DNA from: an uncultured Planctomycetota bacterium
GTDB lineage: Bacteria > Planctomycetota > Planctomycetia > Gemmatales > Gemmataceae
Direction: 5' to 3'
NCBI GenBank assembly: GCA_963849325.1
Contig: CAWKHF010000012.1
Location: 704,001-768,000 of the forward strand
DNA: 64,000 nt
Shown here: piece after piece, positions 1-9,091 of the stretch
Numbering within the stretch: the stretch's first letter is position 1
Layout of the letters: each line of letters starts with the position of its first letter
Notes under the pieces: generated by a model
Told to the model about the DNA's origin: nothing
Database searches by the model: none
What the model saw: only the letters and a program-made list of their open reading frames with translations
Made by a program: the position numbers and the translations under genes

Positions 1-1110
1 CGGCACCTTCTGCACCGTGGTCACCGGCACCATCTTGCAGACGGTGTACGGCACCTTCTTGACGACGGTGTAGGGCACCTTCTTGCAGACGGTGTAGGGC
101 ACCATCTCGGTGACGCACTGCTTGACCATCTTGGTGCAGGGCACCGGCTCGCAGATGGTGCGGCATCTTCATGACCTGGCGGGTGCACATCTGGTCGGGG
201 CACTTGATCGTGCAGCGCTGCCAGTGGCCCTTCTGCTGCTGGCACGCAGCAGGTGCAGGGGTCGAAGCAGCAGCTATCGCAGGTACGCTGCCAGACGTGC
301 TTGGTCTTGCCGGGCACGCAGTACGTCTCGCAGCAGCACTCCTTGACCTTGCGCGTGACCGTCTTGCAGGTCGTGACCGGCTTGCAGATCGTCTTGGTGC
401 ACGGCTTGTAGCAGGTCTCGATGCAGTCGCGGTAGCAGGTCTGGCAGCACTCCTTGTAGCAGGTCTGGTAGCACGGCTTGCAGGTGGTGCAGCAGACTTC
501 CTTGACGCACTGCACGCAGACCGGCTTGCAGACGGTGTAGCAGCACTCGCGGCAGCACGTCTCGCAGAACTGATGGCAGGCCTGATGGCAGGCCTGGTGG
601 CAGTGCGTCTCGTAGACCGGCTTGCAGACCGTGTAGCAGCACTCGCTCACGCAGCACTCCGGCACGCGCTTGCAGGTCGTGTAGCAGCACTGCTTGTAGC
701 AGGTCTCGTAGCACGGCTTGCAGCAGGTCTGGCAGCACTTCCTTGTAGCAGGTCTTGTAGCACGGCTTGCAGCTCGTGCAGGGCACTTCCTTGTAGCAGG
801 TCTGGTAGCAGGCTTGATAGCAGGTCTTGCACTCGTCGCGGTAGCAGGTCTTGCAGACCTGCTTCATGACGGTCTCCTGGACCGTCTGATAGCAGGTCTG
901 CCAGCGTTTCTCCAGAACGGTGTCGTAGACCAGCTTGTAGCAGGTCTTGCACTGTTGCTGGCAGGTCGGGAAGCAGCACTGGGCGTCGCAACACGGCTGC
1001 GGACAGCAGCTGTAGTTGGAGCAGCCGCAGTGCGCTGCCGCCGCATACTGGACGACCCCGAACAGGCCGACCATCGCAGCCAGCAACGGCGCTCCCAAGC
1101 GCATCCTCAT
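1..1110 (-). CDS. Secreted Cys-rich YTV-repeat protein (frameshifted; runs off left edge)
   Basis: Signal peptide MRMRLGAPLLAAMVGLFGVVQYAAAAH, then CKPCYQTCYKEV-type repeats and KKVPYTVC 8-aa repeats near position 1-100. Read across ORFs 274..1110 and 21..665 plus further frameshifts. Confidence 0.75.
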
Positions 1111-1498
1111 GACAATCGCCTCCTCATCGACACGATGTTGTGTGGAATCCCAGGGGAGAAGTTCTGCCGGCGTGGGGCTCTCCAGCCGGGCTGTCCGACG
1201 AGAGGCTACGCCCTCCCGCCGCCTGACAGCCCCACCGTGGACAACGAGCGGGTGGGTTCGCTCCTTGCTGTGCGTCCGCCGACGCGGATCGCGTTCTGGC
1301 GTTTGTTATCGGCTCGCCAGATTCGCCCGGAATAATGGTTCGGGACAGATTACGGCCCTTACCTGGCCTTCGCCCCTTCCGCCCGCAACGGCCGTAACGA
1401 CCGTGCCGAACGGCGCGGATGCGCCGGCGCTGGTGTCGCCGTCATCCGCCGCGTAGAATGGCGAAAAGACAACCCAGCTGCTTCGGGAGGACACGGCC

Positions 1499-1705
1499 AT
1501 GAGCGACCCCATCCACGACCTTGCCCCAGCGGATTACTGTGATCCGGTCATCGAAGCGTACAAGAAGGACGTGGACCGCACGCTGCTGCGCGAGAACCTG
1601 AAGCTCACCGTGGAGCAGCGGATTCGCAAAGCGGAGAGTTTTCACCGATCCATCAAGGCCTGGAGAGAGGCGGGCGAGCGGTCGCGGAGAACGGAACGCG
1701 CATGA
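1499..1705 (+). CDS. Small hypothetical protein (68 aa), possible orphan antitoxin-like protein
   Basis: GGAGG RBS upstream of ATG; coherent sequence with DVDRTLLRENLKLTVEQR. Confidence 0.65.
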   Translation: MSDPIHDLAPADYCDPVIEAYKKDVDRTLLRENLKLTVEQRIRKAESFHRSIKAWREAGERSRRTERA

Positions 1706-1725
1706 TTGCGTCGTTCATCTTGCGC

Positions 1726-1760
1726 AAAAAGAGGCCGGCGACGTGAATCACGTCGCCGGC
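1726..1760 (-). terminator. Rho-independent terminator of the 1874..2083 gene
   Basis: GCCGGCGACGTGA/TCACGTCGCCGGC stem followed by CTCTTTTT on the minus strand. Confidence 0.65.
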
Positions 1761-1873
1761 GAGTGGAGGGGTTGCGGGATTTGGGTCGGGGTGGGAGGCC
1801 GCCCGCCGGGACGCTGGGTCCCGGCCTACCCGGGTCAGGCGGCGGCCAGGGGGAGTGCGGGCAAAGGGACTCC

Positions 1874-2083
1874 TTAGGCGACCGGTTCGAGGCAGCAGCG
1901 CCGTCGCAGCGTTTCACACAGACGCTGACAACGGGCCAGGTCGCGGATCATGTTTTCGGTCAACAAACGGATCGTGTCCGGGTCTTCCGTCCATTCCAGC
2001 CGCTGCCGGCTGTCGGACAGGTGTTCGAGGATGTCTCGCAGCCACAGGATATTGGCGTCGCGCTGACTCATCTGCATATCCAC
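1874..2083 (-). CDS. Small helical hypothetical protein (~69 aa)
   Basis: AGGAG RBS before GTG; sequence (M)DMQMSQRDANILWLRDILEHL...; own promoter and terminator. Confidence 0.65.
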   Translation of the reverse strand: MDMQMSQRDANILWLRDILEHLSDSRQRLEWTEDPDTIRLLTENMIRDLARCQRLCETLRRRCCLEPVA

Positions 2084-2125
2084 TTGTGTTGATCTCCTGT
2101 TTCGCCTTCCGTGCCGAGGAACGAT

Positions 2126-2141
2126 TGCAACCGCCGTGCCA
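2126..2141 (-). promoter_or_regulatory. Sigma-54 (-24/-12) promoter
   Basis: Minus strand TGGCACG-gcgg-TTGCA, an exact match to the TGGCACG-N4-TTGCW consensus, about 45 nt upstream of the small gene. Confidence 0.7.
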
Positions 2142-2288
2142 AGATTCAGCGCGTGCCGGGCCGGCACCGTACAAGTGCTTGCGAAATGAACGGTTAGAAC
2201 GGATAAGGCCGTGCCCTTCGGTTGTCGCGGCGGCCGAGGGCTTTTGCAAATCTTACCGAGGCGAGGGGGCGAAAGATGAAAAAGTTGC

Positions 2289-4076
2289 TCACCTTGTCAT
2301 CTTCACGGGCCGGCGCGAGCGACGGTAGATCGGCTCGTCGTACCAATGCCGGGTACGTTCGTGGTCGGCGACCCAGCGCAAGGCCCGTTTGAGAAACAGG
2401 CGCGACATCAGCCAGAAGATGAGGGCCAGGCCGAGCACAGGTCAGGAGGAAGAACACGCGATGGTCGAAGGAGACGAACGGGTTGGCGCTGGTGCTCAGT
2501 TGCGTGCCGAGCTGCGCGATCGATGGCCCCGAGCAGGGCACCGAGGATCACGGCCGCGATGGCGAGGATCGGCGTGGTACCCAGATAAATGGCCAGTCCG
2601 CCGACATAGCCGGCCGCCATCGTACCCAGCAAGGCCCGCCACGAGCTGCGCGAGCGAACCGAGGCCCACAGCCCCGCCGCCCCGATGTAATACATGGCCA
2701 ACACGGTGACGGCCAGCCACAGCAGCACCCAGCACAGGGCCAGCACGCCGCCGAGGACCGACAGGACGACGGCCGGCGCCGCGTAGGCCAGCAGGTAGAC
2801 GTAGCTGGCCCCCATGATGCCCCAGAGCTTGCCGCGGATCAGCTGCTTGGCGCTGAGCGGCGTCAGCAGCAGGGCCTCCCAGGTCCGCCGCTCGCGCTCG
2901 CCGGTGACGGCGCCGGAGCAGCGGATGCCGACAACCAGGCTGGCCAGCAGCATGACCACCAGCCCCTGCACGAGGAAGCCGTCGCCAGCCGCGGGCATCC
3001 GGACGGTCAGGCGCTCCGGCTGGAAGTGGACCAGCGCCAGGATCAGGTCGCCGGCGCGGACACCGGACGGCAGCGACAGCAGTAGGATCAGCAGCGACGA
3101 GGCGATGGTGAGGGTGGAGACGCCGGCGACGGCGAGCCACGGCGGGACGCGGCGCAGGCCCGGCGTCGGCGCCAGCCCCTCGACGTGCCACTCGCGCCAG
3201 CGGATCGGCTCGTCCGCACCGGCGCGGCGCAGGGCGTTGTACCAGCGCACGGCCCGCGATCGGACGTTTTCCAACTCTCTCCGGTAGGCCGGCCGCAGTC
3301 GTCCGATGGCCAACGCCAGGCAGGTGCCGCCCAGCGTACCCCAGCACAACGACGACACGAGCAGGCGCCGACCCAGTTCGGCGAGGTCCAGACTTTGCCA
3401 CGTCCCCCACGCCGGCGCGACAACCGCAAGAGGGTTGAGGTAATCGAAGGGGCCACGGAAATACCAGACGAGCACGCCGCCGAGGGTGCCGAGCACGTAC
3501 AGGGCGAGGACGGCGTCGCGCGTCTGCCGGCACAGGACGGAGGCGAGCGAGACTGACAGATGCCAGCGCGAACAGCGGCAGGAGCAGGGCGACGGCCACG
3601 GCCACAAGCGTCACGGGCTGCACGCCGCCGAAGCCGGCCAGCAGGGCGAACAGCGGCAGCCCGGCCAGGGCCACCAGCGACACCTGAGCGACCCGGCCGA
3701 GCAGCTTGCCGAGCAGGATGTGCCGCGCTTCCAGGTCCGCCGTTAGCAGATATTGCAGCGTGCCGCGGCGCTTCTCGTCGGTGATGGAGCCGGCGACGAA
3801 GGCCGGCGTCGCCAGGACCAGAACGATCAACTGCTGGGCCACGAACGTTTCGGCGAACCATTGGCCGACGATTTCCGGGGCCGAGGCGCGGGCGACGAAG
3901 GAAGACGTGTTGGCGACGAGCCGTCCCCTCAGCCGGGTCGCCTCTTCATTTTCATACCGGACGTATCCGTAAAAAACCAGCACGACGAGCCAGCCGGCGT
4001 AAACCCAGCGGAACAGGTACAGCCGATGGCGGCGACTGCCGAGCAGCCATTCCTGATGCAACACGGCGCCAACCAT
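2289..4076 (-). CDS. ABC-2 type transporter permease with two repeated membrane domains (frameshifted)
   Basis: Two ABC-2 motifs, SITDEKRRGTLQYLLTA and AVTGERERRTWEALLLTPLS. C-terminus read manually to TGA at 2289. Confidence 0.8.
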
Positions 4077-4142
4077 CGGCCACGCCCTCGGAGTACTTCC
4101 TACTCACCCAGGCTACCGTAGCCGGCACGGGTCCGCAACACG

Positions 4143-4196
4143 GTCGGCCGGCTCTGGAAGTTCCAGGCCGAGGAGATCGACGCCTGAGTGCGCGGT
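4143..4196 (+). pseudogene. Remnant of excisionase-family (HTH_17/MerR-like) DNA-binding protein
   Basis: Translates VGRLWKFQAEEIDA*VRG, the typical C-terminal motif of excisionase-like proteins, with Trp mutated to TGA and the N-terminus missing. Confidence 0.5.
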
Positions 4197-4346
4197 CCAT
4201 GGGCCAGGCCCTCGTCCGTGACCGCATCGCAGCTGAGGAACAGATTGACTACAAAAGAGAGGTAAAATAGAAATTTAAAGGCAAAGCTTGCTCGACGGCC
4301 CCAATGGCCTTTTCCGTCGGGACAGCCAGTCGCCGGCGAGGACGTG

Positions 4347-5286
4347 TCAAGAGGAGGACGATTCCGGCCGCATTCGCCGTGACACGTCGCGGAGCCGGCT
4401 GAGCTGCTGCACGAGGAGAGGGACGCCGCCGAGGCCGCCGGCGAACAATTGGACGTACCGGAAGATCGCCACGACCGAGCCGCGTCGGCGCCCCCCGTAG
4501 CACAGGAACGCAGGAGCGCAACCGCCATCAGTCCCAGCACGAACACCTCCATCCGCCCGAAATTAAGTGCCTCCCCGTCCGATAGCGCCACGCGCCACGC
4601 GCCAACATGCGATAGTGTCGCCGTACCTCGCGTGGCCGCCCTCGACCGATCGCGTCCACCTCGCGTTCCAGCTGGTCGTTGAGCCGGCCATTCAGCCGTA
4701 GCATCTGACGGCCATAGGAGCAGTTGAGGCTGTACAGCGGGAGCAGCAGCGACAAACACAACGGCACCATTACCCAGTCATAGAGGGCGAGCATGGCGGC
4801 GGCGCCGGCCAGCGAGTACAGCACCTCCAGGGCGACGGGCACGTCGCGCTCGAAGAAGGACACCATCTCGCGCGACAGGGCCGACCGCGCCGCCAGCCGC
4901 GACAGCTCGACCCGCCCCCGCTGCGCGAGGACCAGCCGGCTGGCCAGGTCGGTGTAGATGTGGCTGAAAGCGCGCGTGTCGTACATGCGCCGCCCGCCGC
5001 TGAGCAAGACGTAGACGGCGTGCTGGAGAACGAAAAACAACAGCCCTCGGTAGGAAGCGCCCAGGAGGTCGTGCACGGCCAAGCCCAGCACGAAGGGATG
5101 CGCCAGCCGGGCCAGGTTCTCCAGGGTGAACAGGCCATAGGTCAGCAGGATACGTCGGCGGTGGATACGGAACAACGCGCGGAGGCCCGTTAGCTGCGGT
5201 TGGCATCCTGGCGTCGTTAGGCCGCCATCGTCCGCGACGGCGGCCGCCGTCGCCTCGTCGGTCGTAAGCTCCAGTGTCGTGCTCAT
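4347..5286 (-). CDS. ABC-type six-transmembrane-domain protein without ATPase; putative lasso peptide export/immunity (frameshifted)
   Basis: Hydrophobic helices with RRMYDTRAFSHIY and LNDQLEREV motifs. Continues across frameshifts to ...RRMRPESSSS* at 4347. Directly downstream of the cyclase. Confidence 0.65.
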
Positions 5287-5314
5287 GGATCATCTCCCCT
5301 TGAGACTTCCACAC

Positions 5315-7219
5315 TCATCCCGAGACCAATGCGCGCTCCGCCCTGGTCGATTCGTGCCGTCCGTCCGGGCGGATCACTCGGCTCGGAACGGGCCGCTGCT
5401 CCAGCCAGCGCGGTAACAAATCCAGCCATTTGACGATGGACAGGGTGTTGTCCAGGCTGATGGCGCCGTGCGGGCTGCTGATGCCGAGCGCGGCTTGATG
5501 CAGACAGCTCAGCAAGGAGGCCTTGTCGAAGAGGCCGAGTTCCTCGGAAGGCGACGCACGGATCAGCTGCTCCAGGTAGGCCTGGTTTCGTGACAGGCCG
5601 GTGTAATAGACGGAGTTGTAATGCGTCTTGCCGCGGCGCTGGCGAATGTTCGCGGGGAGGACGTCGCGCATCGCCTCGGCGAGGATCGGCTTTTGCGCCC
5701 CCGGCTCCGGCCGAACGTGGACCCGGATGCCCAGTGCGTAGCGGAAGACGCGCAGGTCCCGAAACGGATGGGCCGCGACAATGCCGAGCGGCGCCGCCAG
5801 CGTGTACCGGCCCCAATCGCCGACGGCCGAACGAGCCCGTTCCAGTGCCTCGGATTGCACCACGGTGCCGGCTGCATGGAAGTGCCGGCGAACGTTGTTC
5901 AGCGCCCGGTCGCGCAACTGACCCCGGCGGGCGAAGTCGGGGAGGACCCAGGGAGCGATCGTCCAAAAATTCTGATGCTTCCAGTCGGCGTAGCCTTGGT
6001 GAAACAAGGCACGCAGGCCCACTTGCGCCCACGCGGGCATCAAAGGAGTCAGGCCACAGGGACGAAGGACGCTCCAAATACTGCTGTTGCGGGCCCGCGC
6101 CCACCGACACGACTCGGACCAGGCAGCCCCCAGACGCCCTCGCCGGAGCAGATCGGCGATTCGGAACGGTCGCTGGGCCAGCATTTCGTCGGCCCCCGTG
6201 CCGGTGAGGACCGTATCCGCGCCCACCGCGGCTGCCGCTCGCAGCAAAGCCCTCTCCACGCCGACTCGTTGCAGCCCCGGGATCGGCTCGTCATGCAAGG
6301 GCATATCGTGGAACACATCGAAGTCCAGGATGTTGTCGGCAGGAATTCGGTGCGCGACCAGGCCAGGCCGGTTCAGGGCCTCTTCCAGAAACGGCGTCTC
6401 GTTGTGGAGGTTCGCCAGGCCCTGGTACGTCAGCGACAGGGTGTGCAGGGGACGACCTTCGCGGACGAGTTCCTCGCGCGCCAGCAGGGCGACCGAGGTG
6501 GAGTCCATCCCGCCGGAAAAATGCGCGGCCATGCACCCCTTCAGCCGTTCGCGTACCGCTTGACGAAGCAACTGACCGTACTGGTCGGCAAGTTCGGTGG
6601 TACAGGCGGTGCCGGGGTCCACGGCTCGTTCGGGCCATTTCCAGAACTCGTGCTGCCCCACCGTGCCTCGCGGCAGATCGGCCGTGATCGACCAACCGGG
6701 TACCAGTCGCCGCACGCCCTCGAACACGGTCCCCTCGAAGTAGTCGATCTCGAAATTGGGCAGCATCAGCATCTCGCCCAGGAACTCGACGTTCAGCGCG
6801 CGGCGGGGCAACCGATCGACGAGCGGTCGAAGGCCGGTGGCGAAGGCGACGGTTTCGCCCTGATGCAACCAGTAGATCGGATATCCACCCATCGCCTCCC
6901 GGGAAGCAAGCAGGTGCCGCTGCTTGCGGTCCCAGATCACGAGAGCGAAATCGCCTTCCAGCTGCTCGACGCCGGCAAGCCCCCGGTGGCGGTAGGCTGC
7001 CAGGGCCAGGTCCGCATCGCCGACAGGACTTCGATCGTCGCCGGCATCCGGCAAGCGCGCCTTCAGCTCACTCCGATAGTAAAGCCGGCCCATGAGTACG
7101 GCCTGGCAATCCCGGTCGGCGGCCCAGGTGACCAGATGCGGACGACCGGGATGATCCGGGCCGAAAACGTGAAATTCCACCATGTCGCCCCGGGCGACGA
7201 CCATGAAGCCAACTTGCAT
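5315..7219 (-). CDS. Lasso peptide cyclase (asparagine synthetase-like C protein)
   Basis: FSGGMDS PP-loop, TGTGADE, HPFRD, K..L..AM...LP..I..R..K. No N-terminal catalytic Cys. GGAG RBS before ATG at 7219. Adjacent to the B protein and precursors. Confidence 0.9.
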   Translation of the reverse strand: MQVGFMVVARGDMVEFHVFGPDHPGRPHLVTWAADRDCQAVLMGRLYYRSELKARLPDAGDDRSPVGDADLALAAYRHRGLAGVEQLEGDFALVIWDRKQRHLLASREAMGGYPIYWLHQGETVAFATGLRPLVDRLPRRALNVEFLGEMLMLPNFEIDYFEGTVFEGVRRLVPGWSITADLPRGTVGQHEFWKWPERAVDPGTACTTELADQYGQLLRQAVRERLKGCMAAHFSGGMDSTSVALLAREELVREGRPLHTLSLTYQGLANLHNETPFLEEALNRPGLVAHRIPADNILDFDVFHDMPLHDEPIPGLQRVGVERALLRAAAAVGADTVLTGTGADEMLAQRPFRIADLLRRGRLGAAWSESCRWARARNSSIWSVLRPCGLTPLMPAWAQVGLRALFHQGYADWKHQNFWTIAPWVLPDFARRGQLRDRALNNVRRHFHAAGTVVQSEALERARSAVGDWGRYTLAAPLGIVAAHPFRDLRVFRYALGIRVHVRPEPGAQKPILAEAMRDVLPANIRQRRGKTHYNSVYYTGLSRNQAYLEQLIRASPSEELGLFDKASLLSCLHQAALGISSPHGAISLDNTLSIVKWLDLLPRWLEQRPVPSRVIRPDGRHESTRAERALVSG

Positions 7220-7236
7220 GACAGGGATCTCCGTAA

Positions 7237-7325
7237 GAGGCACTAACAAAATGTGGCAACACGTTTTCAACGTGTTGGATTGTACGGCACGTTACAAACG
7301 TGCCGCCACATTCGGTTCGTGCCTC
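7237..7325 (+). mobile_element. 89-bp miniature inverted-repeat element, copy 1
   Basis: GAGGCACTAAC...GTTCGTGCCTC terminal inverted repeats flanked by TAA on both sides; internal hairpins. Confidence 0.75.
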
Positions 7326-7331
7326 TAATGC

Positions 7332-8111
7332 TCATTGATAGCGAAGTGCTGGGATGTACGAGACGCAGTTTTCCGCGTGGTCGCTGACGATCCAGGGTCC
7401 GGCCTCGCACCAGCAATGGCCGGAGAGGGGAAAGAGTTCGACGCCGATCACCAGGGCGGCCGGCAAGCCGGCGAGACGAGCCAGGACCCAACAAGAAAGG
7501 GCACGTTCCTTGCAAGCCACGCCGAACGGGTTCCAGGCCGCCGCGCTGCAAACCGCGTCATCGATGGCCCGGACCCGCGCCTCCGCTTGGCGCGGCGAAA
7601 GACGAAGCGGACGGATCGGGAACTGCCGTCGCCAGGCGGCGATCGTCCGGGTCCAACCCAGGGAGGCGAGGCAAAGCTTCGCCGCGGTCAACAGCACGGC
7701 GGCTCGGGCCTTCAGTGAGGGCGTCCAACTGAGGGTCCGGTTCAGCATTCCAGCCGCCAGGCACGTCTTGCCGAGGTTTTCCAATCCTCGGCCGGCGCCT
7801 CCTCGATTCCGCCAGAGAATGCCCCGCTTCTCCAGGGTCGCCAGAAAGTGCCTCAAGTCGGCTTCCACCTGAGAGCACGCGACGTCGTACTCGGCCGCCA
7901 CACGCTGGACGGCGGCCGCAGGCCCGTGCTGGAGTGTCTGCCGCAGCATCAGGATTGCGGCGGGTGGAACAGCATAAAAGCGGTCTGCCATATCCAAAAT
8001 GCGGGCACTGCCGTCCGCCATCGGAATGACGGCCACATCCGGCGCCAGGGAATACTCCAGGCCGTTGTTGGTCGCGGTTTGCTGCCGACAGAGAATCGTT
8101 TGGGTGGACAT
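7332..8111 (-). CDS. Fused lasso peptide B protein (PqqD-like RRE + transglutaminase-like leader peptidase)
   Basis: N-terminal PqqD-like region (ARILDMADRFYAV...VAAEYDV...VEADLRHFLATLEKRGIL). C-terminal ACKERAL / GHCWCE / VSD Cys-His-Asp triad. Confidence 0.9.
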   Translation of the reverse strand: MSTQTILCRQQTATNNGLEYSLAPDVAVIPMADGSARILDMADRFYAVPPAAILMLRQTLQHGPAAAVQRVAAEYDVACSQVEADLRHFLATLEKRGILWRNRGGAGRGLENLGKTCLAAGMLNRTLSWTPSLKARAAVLLTAAKLCLASLGWTRTIAAWRRQFPIRPLRLSPRQAEARVRAIDDAVCSAAAWNPFGVACKERALSCWVLARLAGLPAALVIGVELFPLSGHCWCEAGPWIVSDHAENCVSYIPALRYQ

Positions 8112-8181
8112 GATATTACCTCTCTCGTCAACAAGGCCCGTTGGAAAAGGACGCCGTACTTCGCCAAGGTTGGGACCGTAA

Positions 8182-8270
8182 GAGGCACTAACCGAATGTG
8201 GCGGCACGTTTGTAACGTGCCGTACAATCCAACACGTTGAAAACGTGTTGCCACATTTTGGTAGAGCCTC
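8182..8270 (-). mobile_element. 89-bp miniature inverted-repeat element, copy 2 (inverted)
   Basis: Reverse complement of copies 1 and 3; flanks are TAA and GAA. Confidence 0.75.
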
Positions 8271-8333
8271 GAAGGGACCCAATAGCTCGGCACGTAAAGG
8301 GCATCCTCATCCAACGAGTCCGGTTGCTTGGGA

Positions 8334-8525
8334 TCACCAGTAGCGGGTGCGGTTGGCGTCGGAGTAATTGCCGCCGCCGCCCCCCTGCACCAGCTCGACC
8401 GCCTTGCCGACGTCGTGCAGTTCCGGAGTGTGATACGCGCGGGGCGAAACCAGGCTGTCCTGCCGAGTCTCGGTCCCCTCGACGGAAGCGACCGGACTAC
8501 CCAACTTGAGATCTTTGGCCAACAT
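8334..8525 (-). CDS. Lasso peptide precursor A2 (63 aa; predicted core GGGGGNYSDANRTRYW)
   Basis: AGGAG RBS; leader YHTPELHDVGKAVELVQ (YxxPxL motif); Gly1 with Asp9 acceptor. Confidence 0.85.
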   Translation of the reverse strand: MLAKDLKLGSPVASVEGTETRQDSLVSPRAYHTPELHDVGKAVELVQGGGGGNYSDANRTRYW

Positions 8526-8635
8526 GACGTTCTCCTGTTCAGGATAAGTGTGGCAAGCCGGCATCAGGGCCCCTTGCTCCGATGATCTCGTCCTGCCGCA
8601 GTCACAAAGAGTCCGTTGCGAAGAACACCGTCCGA

Positions 8636-8824
8636 CTAATACTGGCGGGCGCGGTTGTTGTCGGCGACATTGCCGCCGCCCCCCTGTACCAGTTCGACCG
8701 CCTTGCCGACGACGTGCAGCACAGGGGCGCGATAGACACGAGGCGCGTCCGGAGCGTCCTGCTTCCTCTCGGCCGTCCCGGCGAAGGCATTCTCGACACT
8801 CGACGTGAACTTGGTGGGAACCAC
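8636..8824 (-). CDS. Lasso peptide precursor A1 (62 aa; predicted core GGGGNVADNNRARQY)
   Basis: AAGGAG RBS before GTG; leader YRAPVLHVVGKAVELVQ; Gly1 with Asp8 acceptor. Confidence 0.85.
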   Translation of the reverse strand: MVPTKFTSSVENAFAGTAERKQDAPDAPRVYRAPVLHVVGKAVELVQGGGGNVADNNRARQY

Positions 8825-9091
8825 AGTGGTCTCCTTGAAGATGGTTTCTCAGGAGGGCATCAAAGCCCATCGTTCTGATGATCTCCTCCTGCTTTCGCAG
8901 ACTGTTACGCTCGTCGGGCCGAGACGTTACAGCCCCTTCGGGCAGGATTTTCTCGCCAAGACTTCAACGAGAAAACCCGACGGATTGCTTGTGTGGCCCA
9001 ACCCGTTCGAGGATAATTGATCCTTTCCGCAGTCCACCGTCCGTAATCGTGAGTCCGGACGTGCTTGGGATGACCTCTGGCTGGAGTCGCC

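Noticed and set aside
1-1000. Periodic GCAGGTC/TTGTAGCA repeats as a CRISPR array
   Set aside because: They are codon-level repeats of the Cys-rich protein; no constant repeat with unique spacers and no cas genes.
1499-1705. Complete toxin-antitoxin system
   Set aside because: No partner ORF follows; a terminator and a convergent gene come next.
5315-7270. Ordinary asparagine synthetase AsnB, and the MKTCCHILL N-terminus in the ORF track
   Set aside because: No N-terminal Cys, and the lasso context is clear. MKTCCHIL... is a translation of the 89-bp repeat and recurs at 8237 and 15330.
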